A stretch of DNA of 64,000 bases from Eledone cirrhosa (taxonomy: Eukaryota), in NCBI GenBank assembly GCA_964016885.1, contig OZ024747.1:52328001-52392000 (forward strand), given 5' to 3'. Of this stretch, positions 39,901 through 52,189 are shown in pieces; position 1 is the first letter of the stretch, and each line of letters begins with the position of its first letter. The notes below the pieces were generated by a model. The model had not been told where the DNA came from and did no database searches. It worked only from the letters and a program-made list of their open reading frames with translations. A program made the position numbers and the translations under genes.

Positions 39901-42246
39901 TTGTGCTGGCGGGGCGGAACTTGATGATGGTGGCTGTGGTTGAGATTGTGAGGACTGAGATACTGGTGGTGGAAGTGGTATTGGTAGGGGTTGTTGTTGT
40001 TGTTGTTGTTGTTGTTGTTGCTGCTGCTGCTGCTGCTGTTGTTGTTGTTGTTGTTGCTGCTGCTGCTGCTGATGGTTTTGTAATTGTTGCTGGTGGTTTT
40101 GTATTTGTTGTTGCAGCGCTTGTTGGTGATTCTGTAGCTGTTGTTGCTGCGACTGCAGCTGCTGTTGCTGGTGATTCTGCAACTGCTGTTGCTGATGATT
40201 CTGCAAATGCTGTTGCTGATGTTGCTGTTGTTGGTGATTCTGTAGTGGTGAGTGTTGCTGTTGATTCTGTAACTGCTGCTGCTGTGGATTTTGCAGCTGT
40301 GACTGCTGTTGTTGTTGTTGTTGTTGTTGTTGCTGTTGTTGTTGTTGTTGGTGGTTTTGAATCTGCTGCTGATTTTGCATTTGTTGTTGCTTCTGTTGAG
40401 GAGATGGTATCTGTTGTGGTGGTGTGGCCTCCATGTGTTGGGAAGTGATAGGCTGAGAAAGGACTGAATTGGAGTGTGGTTGCATCTGCGGTTGAGGCTG
40501 GTGCAACAGAGGCTGTGCAGGGATTATCGCTACAGGAGGTACAAATGGGTTCAACACCATAACGCCAGCCATATTAGGCATGCTGGCCATGGACTGAGGT
40601 ACAATAATGGATGAGGAGGTAACAGCGACGGACGTAGGGATGTCGATTGGACGTATACGTCTGAAATTGTTGCAGCTCTCCGGCGCAATGCCGTGAACAT
40701 CCTGTTTGTGTTTTTTGAGGTAGTATTTGTTGCAGAAGTGCTTCTGACATAACTCACAATAGTCTTCCAAGTCTTGATTGACACTGCCTTCAGTAATTAC
40801 TTTCTGATTCTGTGACTGAGGATCTAATCTATATGATGATGGTGTGACAATTTGCTCCTGAGGCGGCTGTTGCTGAGCTGGAGGTGGGGGAATCATTGAA
40901 GGAAATGTGTTAATTGAAAACGGTGATGGCGTATTCTCGTAGATACCATGCTTATTAGCTTTATGTGTTTTCAGAAAATATTTGTTACAAAATTCTCTAT
41001 CACATATTTCGCAGTATGCATCAGGATGAAATATTCGGGTTCCATCATTTTTGATACTGAGTTCACCAGTTGAATCTTTGGATTCAGCCTCTATGGGATC
41101 AAGGCCTGGGATGCTGGAAAGAGGCACAGATGAGGGCACCACAGTAAGTACACCTGTGGACTCCAAGCCATTATGACCATTGGACTGTGGTTTTATGCAT
41201 TGCTGGAGTTCATTTGCTAAGCGATGGTACTCGGTTGGAAAAGTCTGCCAGTGTTCTTGTTTAAAAACACTGATATGGTTTTCTAGGGGTGGTAATTCTT
41301 TTTCTGATTCCAGCAGTGGATGATGTGGTTGTTGTGGTTGTTGGTGTTGTTGGTGTTGTTGTTGGTGTTGTTGGTGTTGTTGTGGTGGTGGTGGTGGTGT
41401 ATGTTGCTGGTGTAGTTGTTGATGCTGTGGAAGTGGTGGAAGTGGTGGATGTGGTTGGTGTTGTTGTGGTGGTTGGTGGTGTTGTGGTAGTTGTTGTGGT
41501 GGTGGTGGTTGTTGTTGTTGTTGTTGTTGTTGGGGTGTTGTTGGTGGTGAAGGTATTGTCGGTTGTTGTGGAGGTGATTGTTGTTGATGATGTGGTGATG
41601 GTAATGGAGACTGTTGCTGGGCAATTTGTGCTGGTACATGTTGGGGTGATACCTGTGGAGGTGATACCTGTTGAGGTGATATTTGAGAGGGTGATATCTG
41701 CTGTGGAGGTAATGGCTGTGGTAATATATGTTGTTGGCTTAACGGGTTTAACTGTGTCGAGAACTGTGGTGGAGATAACTGTGGTGGTATGTGTATTGGA
41801 GCTGGTGGTGGGAGAGGTATCTGTTGTGGTAGTAGGAGTGGGAGTGGGAGTGGTATTGCTGGTGGTGGTGGTGGTGGTGGTGGTGGTTGTTGTTGTTGTT
41901 GTTGCGGTTGTTGTTGTGGTGGTTGAGGTGGAGGTGGCGGCACTGGCCCTAGTTGTTGTGGTGGTAGTTGTAAGGGAGGTAATTGCTGTAACTGTGATGG
42001 TAGTTGTGGTTGCGGGGACACCGAGGGTAAGAGTTCAGGACAACTTTGGCCAGAAGAGAAATTATCAGCAGCCTCTTCCTTCAGTTGGCTGTTGTCATCA
42101 TCCTCATTAGTCAACCTCTCTCCACACTCTTCCAAATCATAGTCTGGAGGTTTCTCAAACTGTTTTGATACACTTTCCCCAGAATCTAAATCTGCACTAT
42201 AAGAAACACGGTTTGGTTTTGTTTGCTTACGACGGTTCGACTTCAT
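36970..42246 (-). CDS. Multi-C2H2 zinc-finger protein (1758 aa; 13 dispersed CxxC-x12-H-x4-H fingers; polyQ/polyP; N-terminal RRKQxKP motif), probable transcriptional regulator
   Basis: Uninterrupted 5.3 kb ORF, much more GC-rich than its flanks. Seven near-identical fingers (e.g. [50 protein letters not shown]) plus six divergent C-terminal fingers, with no TGEKP linkers. From memory it resembles the invertebrate Drosophila CG16779-like family; this is not verified. Confidence 0.96.
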   Translation of the reverse strand: MKSNRRKQTKPNRVSYSADLDSGESVSKQFEKPPDYDLEECGERLTNEDDDNSQLKEEAADNFSSGQSCPELLPSVSPQPQLPSQLQQLPPLQLPPQQLGPVPPPPPQPPQQQPQQQQQQPPPPPPPPPAIPLPLPLLLPQQIPLPPPAPIHIPPQLSPPQFSTQLNPLSQQHILPQPLPPQQISPSQISPQQVSPPQVSPQHVPAQIAQQQSPLPSPHHQQQSPPQQPTIPSPPTTPQQQQQQQQPPPPQQLPQHHQPPQQHQPHPPLPPLPQHQQLHQQHTPPPPPQQHQQHQQQHQQHQQPQQPHHPLLESEKELPPLENHISVFKQEHWQTFPTEYHRLANELQQCIKPQSNGHNGLESTGVLTVVPSSVPLSSIPGLDPIEAESKDSTGELSIKNDGTRIFHPDAYCEICDREFCNKYFLKTHKANKHGIYENTPSPFSINTFPSMIPPPPAQQQPPQEQIVTPSSYRLDPQSQNQKVITEGSVNQDLEDYCELCQKHFCNKYYLKKHKQDVHGIAPESCNNFRRIRPIDIPTSVAVTSSSIIVPQSMASMPNMAGVMVLNPFVPPVAIIPAQPLLHQPQPQMQPHSNSVLSQPITSQHMEATPPQQIPSPQQKQQQMQNQQQIQNHQQQQQQQQQQQQQQQQSQLQNPQQQQLQNQQQHSPLQNHQQQQHQQQHLQNHQQQQLQNHQQQQLQSQQQQLQNHQQALQQQIQNHQQQLQNHQQQQQQQQQQQQQQQQQQQQQQQQQQQPLPIPLPPPVSQSSQSQPQPPSSSSAPPAQPIASDALRSIGVLNAEAYCEICRKEFCNKYFLKIHKANMHNIYTDEMKPQLQQPQISSRLSIDPDHPDVKQEPGLLREPGKEDAVSGRVSQEQGMPLVMKAIDMGMKDAEQMKEQILASKEAGSLIKDHTNLKDPSVLKNLALMKGSGINDTPQNLLTSTGVNVSQSSMTSSVVGLSQNILSNSNSECYVTYCNICNREFSSKYSYRIHRMNVHGVFHETPSKSHPLDGQLPGDMSARIKSMPGFVGSDMRNGNSVTDSSGMPTLFGNMIAAKLADRVTCDICSKELCNKYFLKNHKLKVHGIDIMSAEKENKQSEGKSSSPKLNFFKDNQKEYIRDIIRDQAKELALLEMQKVDMNGKEFMTPMSNIEKPDHHELVKMGIDPEAYCEICKKELCSKYFLRTHKLNIHGIKSDRSDSKTIDKMQLPQPNKKLINNLAVSMSMSMDGFQFNESFEKHTWRWKEPVNSSRVICDICNKELCNKYFLRTHKLNKHGILPTPEEQKITPSPSMRSSPVDIGSIGNASPGSQTEKLSNGFSILPNSLSDSCLANPDSKLLSQQQQNPDEVKIKTEQLDDTPVNNRYYNHFTEVCKLCDRRFKNEKWLHAHVLKDHGVSLPSDNKYVPLEAQMCQFCFKVFPNSISLQMHVLNDHKAEVSAKPDFSPPHHFGGPLHNSLSWGNSLRRKYSRGGKPKLYSCVHCDYKTRWLSNIYSHEERKHSIIKGTVGRFTCKTCLKSFLYEHSLIRHITEYHANDMKESRPRPKGNRIKKFKCAKCGIKYLSKKACQMHIREVHVKKSKLTSDAEPSGDNGFYSCRQCEFTCSFAKLLQKHMAFNHGPKMSPSSMPPEDIDEGLKEANSSSPPQPHNNLSNYPDEEQMPSTAEATHCVGSDEADDDNNNINNNNNNSSINNCDMDSTDENEGYGCRSDDSKSQTPFIMQAFHLENSLVDTNFIPSVVHMPVRQRVTEPVTLTLTLVPAEP

Positions 42247-42247
42247 C

Positions 42248-42415
42248 CTAGTGAATCAGCTGGCTTCCTTTCTTAAGAGAAATATATGCAGAATACAATG
42301 AGGTATTTCTGGTTTTATCAGTAGAAACAATACATCCTGTGGCCACTATTTGTTTTATCCATGTTGAACTTTGCATACATTCATAACAATCACTGACCCG
42401 TATTCCAATTTTCAT
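42248..42415 (-). other. Candidate upstream ORF (55 aa) whose stop lies 1 nt before the main ATG
   Basis: Hand translation: MKIGIRVSDCYECMQSSTWIKQIVATGCIVSTDKTRNTSLYSAYISLKKGSQLIH-TAG, followed by G-ATG of the zinc-finger CDS. Confidence 0.45.
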
Positions 42416-42417
42416 GT

Positions 42418-42442
42418 CTGCAATGAAAAAATAAAAATAAGT
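42418..42442 (-). promoter_or_regulatory. Splice acceptor of the large coding exon (exon starts at about 42417)
   Basis: Minus strand shows a polypyrimidine tract ending ...tttttcattgcag|ACATG, about 170 nt upstream of the main ATG. Confidence 0.7.
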
Positions 42443-44487
42443 TTAAATGAAATAGTTGTCAAGAATAAAATTGAGAATCTAAAATAAATTATCATTTTGT
42501 AAAGCAAGAAAATCAGTTGAATCAACAAAATCATTTAATGTCTTTTTTTATACCAGCTCAGCGAAAACCAGCCCTGGTTCTATAAAATAAACTCGTCCAA
42601 TTCAAACAATTCCTCAATAAATTTATATCTTCCAACATGATGTTATGCAAGAACCATGTGTTAAGTATTATCAATGAAATAATTAATCATTTGAATAAAT
42701 CCTTCAAAATTTTGCATTAATTAATCAAAAGAGATTATATTTCATTATAAATATGGTCACAAAAGGGTTAATGTCCCTTTTCCATGCTGACATGGTTTGG
42801 AAACGGTCATTATGAATAAAGTTGAGGGTGGTGGATTAGTAGAATTGTTTAAGTGTCAAAGAAATGCTTTGTGGCTTTTATTCTGACTTAGTAAGGTTTC
42901 TGAATTTAAATTTCTGGAGGTTGATAAAACAAAGTACCAGTGAAATATTGGGGGTCAATTTAATCAACGTACACCTCCTCGAAAATTTCTAGCCTTGTCT
43001 TTAAATTAAAAACCAATATGAACATAGTATTTAAACAAATCAACTGTCCACCTAGACAAGTTTAAGAACTACATCTTGCTCACTATATGTCCTGTTATTG
43101 ATATGGTTTCTATGGTTGTATGTCTTTCCTAACACTAACCACTTTCCAGAGTGTATTGAAATATATTAGTTAACTTTTACATTACAATATTTCTAATGAA
43201 AGACACTTTATAAGATTTTTTCAAATCAATATCGAAAATAACCAAGAAATTTAAGACTCCATAAAATAACTTTCTCAGCTGGTGTTTGTAACTTAATTGT
43301 AAAACCAGAGGCAACCATTTTCAGTGGATTTGGTGTCAAAAGAGTTTAGAGGCTAGTGGAAAAAAAAAATACACTTTAATAAGTTATTTATATTATTAAA
43401 TGCACTCCATTATTTTCAAAATTATTTGAAATTATTTGGTATCTTCTTTTATAATTATGGTAATGGCAGTGTGAAAAGGTGATAAAGAAAAAAAAGCAAA
43501 TGGGAAGTTTGGAATACAAATATGGAATTGGTATTTTACCCTATTATTAATAAATTAAGAAAGGGAAATTATTTCCCAACTAGTAAGTACATATGTAAAC
43601 ATACACACTACTCTTTCTCTACAATACATACAAACAATAAAACAAATCAAATTCAAATAAGTTTCTAAAGTATATAAGTATATCTATACAGAAGCAAATA
43701 ATTTTTCATCCAATGACAAAAAATACAATATATATATATATATATAAAGTATATATAAGCAACCCACAGAATTCAATTTCTGAAAAGTTAGTTATCTAAA
43801 AGCTATAACAAAACAACATTGCCACTATATATAGTGGCAATGTTGTTTTTATATATATATACCCCCCCCCCCCCTCCAACACACACATACACACAGAGAA
43901 ATCCAATTCTTGTAAGTTGTCTGCAAGATGAACTTGATTCCACCATTACCACCTTCATTGCATAGCAACAGCAACTTCATATTTCATTGATACAAGAAGA
44001 AGAACGATGGCTGAAGATGGAGAAGAAGTAAAACTCTGTAGAAGCTGTTGTTCCTTAATGGGATTAGCACATCAGAAGGAACGAAGACTGATTCAAATTG
44101 AATAGAAATGAAATGGAGAGATAAAATAGCTTATCTTCCATTTCCCACCTTTCTCACTCCCTCCTCTCTATCTGTCTATCTCTCCACCCCTTACATACAG
44201 ACATACACAGAGAAATAACCAAATGGTTAAGTGCAATCGAATTGAAAGAGAAATACTTTGTAGATGTTGCAAAACTTTGGAGAGAGAGAAGAAAAAAGTT
44301 TTGTAACATAACACAAGTTTTTTACATTATATTAGTATAAATGTATAAATATATGAAAGCACAGGGCTGGAGGTAGACATGCACATATACACACTCACTG
44401 TTGGATGTACAAACATAAATATATAATAACTAACACGCTGACAAGTAATAGAAAAATGTATAAAATGAAGCTAGGCAGAAAAAGGAT

Positions 44488-44521
<34 letters not shown>

Positions 44522-44689
44522 GACATACACAATAGGGTAAATCAATCAACCATCACCATCATCATCTTCTGTGAGTAATCCAATTTAAAGTGAACTGCTA
44601 GAGTAAAAGAAAAGTGTATCAAATAGTAGTGATAATGATTTTATTACTTTTGATAGTAATCATAATATATGTTAAGTAATAGAAATTAT

Positions 44690-44925
44690 GATGATAATAC
44701 CAGTAATGATAATGTTGATAATACCAGTGATGTTGAAAATAGTGGTGATAATGATGATAACTGTGGTGATGATAATGTTGAGAATAGTGGTGATAATGAT
44801 GATAACTGTGGTGATGATAATGTTGAGAATAGTGGTGATGATAATATTGATAACAGTGGTGATAATGTTGCAAATAGTGGTAATAATGTTGAGAATAGTG
44901 GTGATAATGGTGACATTGATGACAG
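44690..44925. repeat. Degenerate 21-45 bp minisatellite built from GAT/AAT triplets
   Basis: Unit gataatgttgagaatagtggtgataatgatgataactgtggtgat, repeated with variation. Confidence 0.8.
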
Positions 44926-46643
44926 GAAGTATTTAAATAGGTCACAAGTACTATGTACTATAGATTATTATCACACCTGTACTATAGATTGCTATCATAC
45001 CTGTTTTATGATTTCACCTAACAGAATACTCACATAATAGAATTAAAAATAGACAATACTAACATTTAAATCTCCCACCTATGCATGTTTCACTGGCCTC
45101 CTATGAAGTCATATCTTATAAGAGATTTATCAGGTGTTTTAATAATAGGGGCCCCAATTCTATCCTTATAACAGAATAGTTGTTAACTAGCCAAAACATA
45201 CACCTCAAAATTAAGTCACCTTCTCTCAAATTAGTCATTTTTATAGAACAGCACCACCACCTTCTAACTAATCAAAATTATTTTCAACTGGAGGAATAAA
45301 AGATAAAAATAAACTATCTGCAAAAATAGTGATTAATACTCTACTTTAAACTAAGTTAATCAGTAGAAATACATGCACGCACTGATGACGGCATAGTGGT
45401 TAGGGTGTTCAACTCACAATCATAAGGTCATAGCTTTCATTCCTGGGCTGGGCAGCACATTGGATTCTTGAGCAAGATGCTTTGTTTCACATTGCCTTTC
45501 GTCATATGACAGGGGGCCCTCTATCATTAAAAAACTTGAAAAACCTCTTGAAATGTAACAGTATAGAAAGCCAGCTAAACCTGCATAAGTGTGAGCTGTA
45601 AATTGTACTGTTCATTTAATTTGACAGACACACAGATATATACATTGAGACACAGACATAGAGACATACAGATTGACATACACTAGATTTATATCACCAA
45701 CAAGTAAATCAATCGAGGAAGTTGAATGAACCATAAAAGTACCGTGAGAAATTCAAATCATTTTATAAACCTTGGGATAGTTTTTTCTCATCATTTAGGT
45801 TATTAATATAACCAACCAGTCCCACCATTACAAAAAGCAGAAAGAATAGAAGGAAAGTCGGACATACACATACACATACATTCATAAATACACAAATATA
45901 CACACACTCACTAGAAACAGAAGGGTATGTTTTGTCATTGTAATGATAAAATATAAATACAAGAAATTAACATAAATAATTATCAACCTTTCCCTAATGA
46001 ATATCTTCAAATGAGAACTAAACAAATAAAAAGTTAAATTCAAGTATGACTGACCTGTATAGTTTTTTTTTTATTATCATATTTAAATAACTGAAGGAAG
46101 GAAAAAAGAAACTTAAGCCTTTGTGACTGTTTTTCAAAAGAAATACACTATATTTTAATTAACTAGTGAGGAACTTTGGGATATTTACTAAAATAATTAA
46201 TTATTTTCATCATTACTAAGACAGTAACTTAACATATGGTTCTTATAGAAAGAATATGGAAGATTTTTAATTTGAATAGGAACCTTTTAAAATGAGATGT
46301 TTGTTTCATTGAACTTGAGCTGGTTTGAGCTGGGCTAGTTTCAAAAGGGTTTTAACTAACAACATGGTTAATGCATGTGGTCTAGTGATTAGGATGTTGG
46401 ATTCAGGATAAAATGGATGTGGGTTTGATTTCTGAACTGGACAACATATTACTTTTGAGCAAGACATTTCCCTGACTGCGGTGGGGTCTTAATCAAGAAA
46501 CCACTTATGAGATGCAACCTCGTAAGAGGCCAAAGCATAATCAATGCATTTCCTTGTGATACTAGCACTACCACTTTACAGTGTGTACAGGGCACATTGA
46601 AGATATATTTGTTATTAGGACAAACATAATAGGATATTTGAAA

Positions 46644-46674
<31 letters not shown>

Positions 46675-47106
46675 AAACAGATCTTCTAAAGTGATCTTAT
46701 GAATAGTTAAACTGAATATAGATGGATTGGCTTTATATTTGTTTATGTTATGGCATTCATACAAATATTTATTTATATTGTAATGTAGTAGAAGAAAAGA
46801 TCTGGTGTATAAACAAATGTATTTAAAATTCCAGTTTTTAAAGAGAATGTGTTCTAAATACTTGGTGGCCCATAGCAGCTAATTTAGATATAAAATAACA
46901 TAAATGATACAGCGTTTTTGTCACATACCTAGATATCTAAATGCATGACAATTGTAATCTATATTATTAAACATTCATTTAAAATTAAATAGATTTATCT
47001 ATTGAGGTCACCTTTAGAAAAAAACAGAAAATAAAATGATAAAAAATGTCGATGAAAAAACAACAGAAAATAACCTACCTCACTATAGTGAATAGATCAA
47101 TGATAG

Positions 47107-47648
47107 TTAACCCTTTTAAAATACCAACCTAGTGAAAACCAACTCTAGTTCATTGAAACAAAACCACTCATTTTAATTAACTCTTAACATCCAGTACTAC
47201 AGGAAACTACATTAGCCAGATCTTCTTGAAAAATACAGAATAACTGCATCAAATAAAAGACTCAAATCTTTATTCTAATACTGTAAATTTTCATAACTAT
47301 CTGTCCACTAGTAAAGATACCATAAACATTTGAATTGACAAACCTGTTTTTAGACATTTTCTATTTCACCGATGCAGGGGTAATAAGAGTTAAAGGGTTT
47401 CCTTTAAAGTTAAAATCTCCACTACTAAACCTCTGATTAATAATCACTGTTAGTGTGTTTCGATTAATTTTGAAAAGGATTTTTTTTTTAATTTGCGGAA
47501 TTTAGAAATACATATATATTATGTTAGAAAAATTTCTTACACAAAAATTTGATGGGAGGTTTTAATATAAGCATAAACACTTTAAAACAGGCAGTTATAC
47601 GATAGATGACAAAACTGGTGTCAGGTGGGCTGATATCAAAGAGGTTAA
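47107..47648. mobile_element. TTAA-flanked MITE (piggyBac-like) with a nested TTAA-flanked insert at 47177-47393
   Basis: Ends TTAA-CCCTTTT ... AAAGAGG-TTAA; nested TTAA-CTCTTA ... TAAGAG-TTAA. Related copies at about 30675-30910, 42535-42771, 43168-43348, 46115-46356, 55492-55689 and 62546-63037. Confidence 0.55.
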
Positions 47649-47839
47649 TATAGGCTTTAGAAATTATAAGCCAAATAACTGACATCATAGGCATATGAAC
47701 TAAGATGCACCTAAAATGTACTTAATTCTATTTTACAATGAGTCGGCAGTACCATTTAAGGACACAGGTTCCAAAGTAAATATATTCATACTTTTACAGG
47801 GATTTATCACAAATATTATGCTGTGTACATATGTTGTGG

Positions 47840-48140
47840 TCGGACCTCCATCAGTTTCAATGACAAGTCTTCCAGTTGTTTGATCAACGGAATAGCATGC
47901 TCTTAAAATTAACATTCAGGTGTCTGAGCATTCTACAGACATGTACAGCTAAGGTATTTCTCAGGGAGATTCAGCACGACACTGTGTGACAAGGCTGGTT
48001 CTTTGAGTCAGCTACAACCGATTTCTTCTGGTTGGATAGACTAGAGCAATGACCTGCTTATTGACAAAAAGCTTTAAGAATAGATATCATGACCATATCA
48101 TTGTGAGTTGAAAACCCTAACCACTATGCCTTGCACCTCC
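47840..48140 (-). mobile_element. Second, older SINE-like family
   Basis: The block ttccagttgtttgatcaa..gaa..aatt(a)ac..cag..ct(c/t)(c/a)cagac recurs at about 7990-8155, 16880-17160 and 33870-34090. Most copies end in a tRNA-like head complement (ctaaccact). Confidence 0.6.
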
Positions 48141-48731
48141 ATTACAAATATAATCTATTTACAGAAAGAAACCCACACAAACAAGAACACCTTTACAATT
48201 CCTTAGCAGAAATGAACATTCAGTGAGTAGAGAGATATTTTAGTAAAGAGACCAATAGTCCATTTTATAGTAACTTTCACTGGGATACAGGAGTAATATA
48301 TGTGTGGTGTGTGTGTGTGTAGTATATGCAGTAGGTGTGTGTAGTGTGATGGTGTTGTGTATGTATGTAATATATGTTGTATGTGTGTAGTGTATAATGT
48401 GTACAGAAATTTGTACTACTTTTTAGAATAATGCAAATGAAAATACTTTTCGAAATTCATACAAATGAGTTCCAGGAAATATTAAAAAAAATTTTTTAAT
48501 GAATAAATAAATAAAAATTCAAACTCAAATGAAAATCTAATAAAAGAAAATTTGAAATTCAATCAAAATTCAGTAAAAAGTGAAATTGAAATCTGAATAT
48601 TAATCAATGAAAACTTTCAATTTCTCGATTTTCAATATGAATTAAAAATTTGATGTCATTTAAAAAAAATGTTCTAATATGCCCTAACAATTTAACTTAC
48701 TGCTTACAGCCAATATTTTTACTACTATGGA

Positions 48732-48764
<33 letters not shown>

Positions 48765-48973
48765 AATATATATATATATATATATGAACAGAATGTTAGG
48801 AAAAGCTAGGCTGTATCTGTTGAAGTTTGAAGAAACATTTATTATACAATGGTGTCCCTAAAACATGTTTCAATACAGTTATGCAATCACATATGGAGGC
48901 TTAATCCGCAATCTTGCACTGCATTGTTAAACTCTACATATCATATGTTATGTTCATATTATATTACTGCGAA

Positions 48974-49168
48974 GGGTGGTGAAATGGCAGTATCGGTAGA
49001 GGGTTAGCCGCCATGCTTTCTAGCATAGTTACATCCCATTACGGTCTGAGTTCAAATCCCATTGAGGTTAACTTTGCCTTTCATCCTTCAGGGGTTGATA
49101 AAATAAAGTACCAGTAATGTACTGGGTAATTGACGGCCTTGTGCCAAAAAGTAGAAACAATTATATTA
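48974..49168 (+). mobile_element. Full-length tRNA-derived SINE
   Basis: A box, B box, core and tail closely match the copies at 521-1100. Confidence 0.9.
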
Positions 49169-49198
49169 CTCCATGGAATACTCCTTGGAACCTAAGTA

Positions 49199-49229
<31 letters not shown>

Positions 49230-49232
<3 letters not shown>

Positions 49233-49500
49233 TCATCATCATCATCATCATCAACGTTTAACGTCCGTGTTCCACGCTTGCATGGGTTTGGACGAGGGTT
49301 TTCCCACTTGAGGCAAGAGTGATTGTCTTGCTCGCATAGGACTGTCTGGCAGGTTTTCTACAGTTGGATGCCCTTCCTAACACCAACCACATTTACAGTG
49401 TGGGTCTGGGAGGTTTTTACCGTGTTGCCTACACGGCCACATTACAGCGTGGACTGTGTGTTTTTTTTGTCGTGACACCTACACGATCTCATTTGTTTCG
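49230..49500 (-). mobile_element. RTE-type 3' tail (LINE or partner SINE) ending in (ATG)n
   Basis: ggatgcccttcctaacaccaacc motif next to a (CAT)n tract. Related pieces at about 42775-42805, 43100-43150 and 63140-63200. Confidence 0.5.
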
Positions 49501-49504
49501 GCCT

Positions 49505-49556
<52 letters not shown>

Positions 49557-49558
<2 letters not shown>

Positions 49559-49723
49559 CGAAGGAATTGTGGTAAGGAACCAGATGGACCATAACGCACC
49601 AAAGTACTCAATACTTAGGGTAGTAGAGAGGGTAATAGGAACAAGTATGTTCGACAGCTATTTCAGTCCAGAAATAGCCGTCGAAACGGCTTGAGCTCTG
49701 CCGTCGGGGTCATACTTGTTTCT
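49557..49723 (-). mobile_element. Family E copy in the presumed intron/upstream region
   Basis: Close match to 4867-5027; flanked by (TA)n on both sides. Confidence 0.8.
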
Positions 49724-49805
49724 ATATATATATATATATATATATATACATACACACATACATATAGATATACACACACACATATATATATACATCTATA
49801 TAGAC

Positions 49806-49836
<31 letters not shown>

Positions 49837-50005
49837 AACACAAACATCAATATATACCTATCTCTTCATGTGTACTGTATGCCAGTCATGTTTTGAAATA
49901 CAAAAAAGTTATTTATATCCAGATCTTATAACAACGGAACAATGACCATGTCTTTAATATTTGGGTGTATGTGTATATCTACACTTCATATACATAATAT
50001 ATGTA

Positions 50006-50077
<72 letters not shown>

Positions 50078-50478
50078 AGATAGCTAGGTAAGTTTGTGGA
50101 ATGTAGATAGGCAAGGAGGAAGAAGAGACCACATCAATATTACCAATATCTTTGTGAAAATACAAACAACAACATTGTATAAATATTCAACAGAAACCAT
50201 TAGTATAACTCTAATGAGGAACAAGAAAAGAAAAGAAATGAATAAAAAAAAAGAACACTACCTTGCATAAAAAAAGTAGGGGGAGAAATAGTTTGGACAT
50301 CTTTTTGTTTGTAATCATTTATATATATACACATATATACATATATGTACGTATATGTATATATATATATATATAAATAAAAATATAGAAATTATTGTGA
50401 GCAAGAAGCCAACAGTATTTCATAATATATAAGTGTATATATATATATGGAAATGCATATATGTGTGCATGTATGTAC

Positions 50479-50520
<42 letters not shown>

Positions 50521-51399
50521 TATATGTGTGTATAAATGCATATATCTGTATGCATGCATATGTATAATTGTAATGTTTATCAGAGATAATTGTTAGGGTC
50601 TTTAAAAAACACAACAACTACTGGAAAATAAAAAGGAAAAACTTAGGAAAAAAAAAAGGTCTTGTTATCTTATTACATCATCTAGACAGATCAATAGATA
50701 GATAGATAGGTAGATAGATAGATATAGAGGTAGATATATAGATAGATAGGTGATGTATAAGTGTAGAGAAGAACAGAAAGAGGAGAATTGACAAGGAGGA
50801 GGAAAATGCCTTTAGAATTAGATAATGGTAGCTAGAATGATGACTGTGGGGGACAGGGGATGATGTTTTCACAATGAAAGCAAGGCAGACACACACATAT
50901 ACATAAAACAGAAACATAGGTATACAATTATTAGCTAAGAGCTTTATACACACACATATATTTGTATGTATATATATATATATATGCTTGTGGCTGTGTA
51001 TGTATGCGTATATATATATGTGTGTGCGTGTATGTGTGTTTGCCTATTTTATATTTCGTAATGACATGATGTTTCGTAAAAATTGATCAACACACTAAGT
51101 AGATTAGATGAGGTTAAAAAAATGTATTTGGGCTTCAGTGGAGGCGGAGAATCTACGGGGTTTAAATTGGATAATGGGGGACAGGATGGGGTGTGGGGAC
51201 TCAAAGAGGAGGAACAATCCTTTCTGAGCCACTTTCCTTTTTCTATAGTGACCAGTTCTTTACATTTTCGTACAAATGAGCCGAGAGGGGTCATATGGTG
51301 CAGCTTCTGCTTTGGCTTCCAGAAGTACTTTTGGTTGTATGCATGTGTGTGTAGATGCATGAGTGTGTGTGTGTATGTTATATATATATATGTATATAT

Positions 51400-51667
51400 A
51401 TACACACACACACACATATATATATATGTATGTATACACACACAGATATATATTTATAATAAAGTCCTTATACACACAGACATATATATGTATACACACA
51501 CACACACACACACACAGTTATATATTTATAATAAAGTGCTTATACACACACACACACATACACATATATATATGTATGTATACACACACATATATTTATA
51601 ATAAAGTCCTTATACACACACCTACATATGTATGTATACACACACATATTTATAATAAAGTCCTTAT

Positions 51668-51724
<57 letters not shown>

Positions 51725-51772
51725 TATGTATGTATACACACACACAGATATATATTTATAATAAAGTCCTCA
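51400..51772. repeat. Compound tandem repeat, 5 units anchored on atatttataataaagt(c/g)ct
   Basis: The anchor recurs, separated by variable (CA)/(TA) tracts. Confidence 0.8.
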
Positions 51773-52189
51773 AAAAATCATGAAAAACATTTCATCATAC
51801 TAGCTAGCCCTCTTCAACTGAAGGGTTTTTATGACTCCACTCCCCACACAACAAATTCCCATTCTATTAATTTTGGGTTCAAGACATTCTTTGAGGAGAA
51901 TTATTCTCTGAAAGGAGTGTTGTATCACATTCTTGGTTTATAATTAATCATATTAATGTCAGTATTGTGATGAAATACACCCAATACTCTTTAAGGGTTT
52001 GGTGTTAGGCTGGGTATCCACCTATATAAAAGAACCATAACAGGAACATATGAGAGAGATGTATGTACACAACACCTTATCCCAACTCATCTAGGAGAGC
52101 TGCAGTACTTTTATTTTGTTCTGTTACATGTGTATACAATATGTACATGTATATACCCATGTGTGTACTATATATACATGTATGTACCA

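Noticed and set aside
39753-42110. Antisense and alternate-frame ORFs rich in V, A, N or H
   Set aside because: Shadows of the CAA/CAG/CCA repeats in the zinc-finger CDS.
43910-44090. Possible upstream non-coding exon on the minus strand
   Set aside because: An acceptor-like tract is present near 44088, but there is no convincing donor and no transcript evidence.
44619-45037. His-rich or Asp/Asn-rich ORFs
   Set aside because: Products of a GAT/AAT-derived minisatellite.
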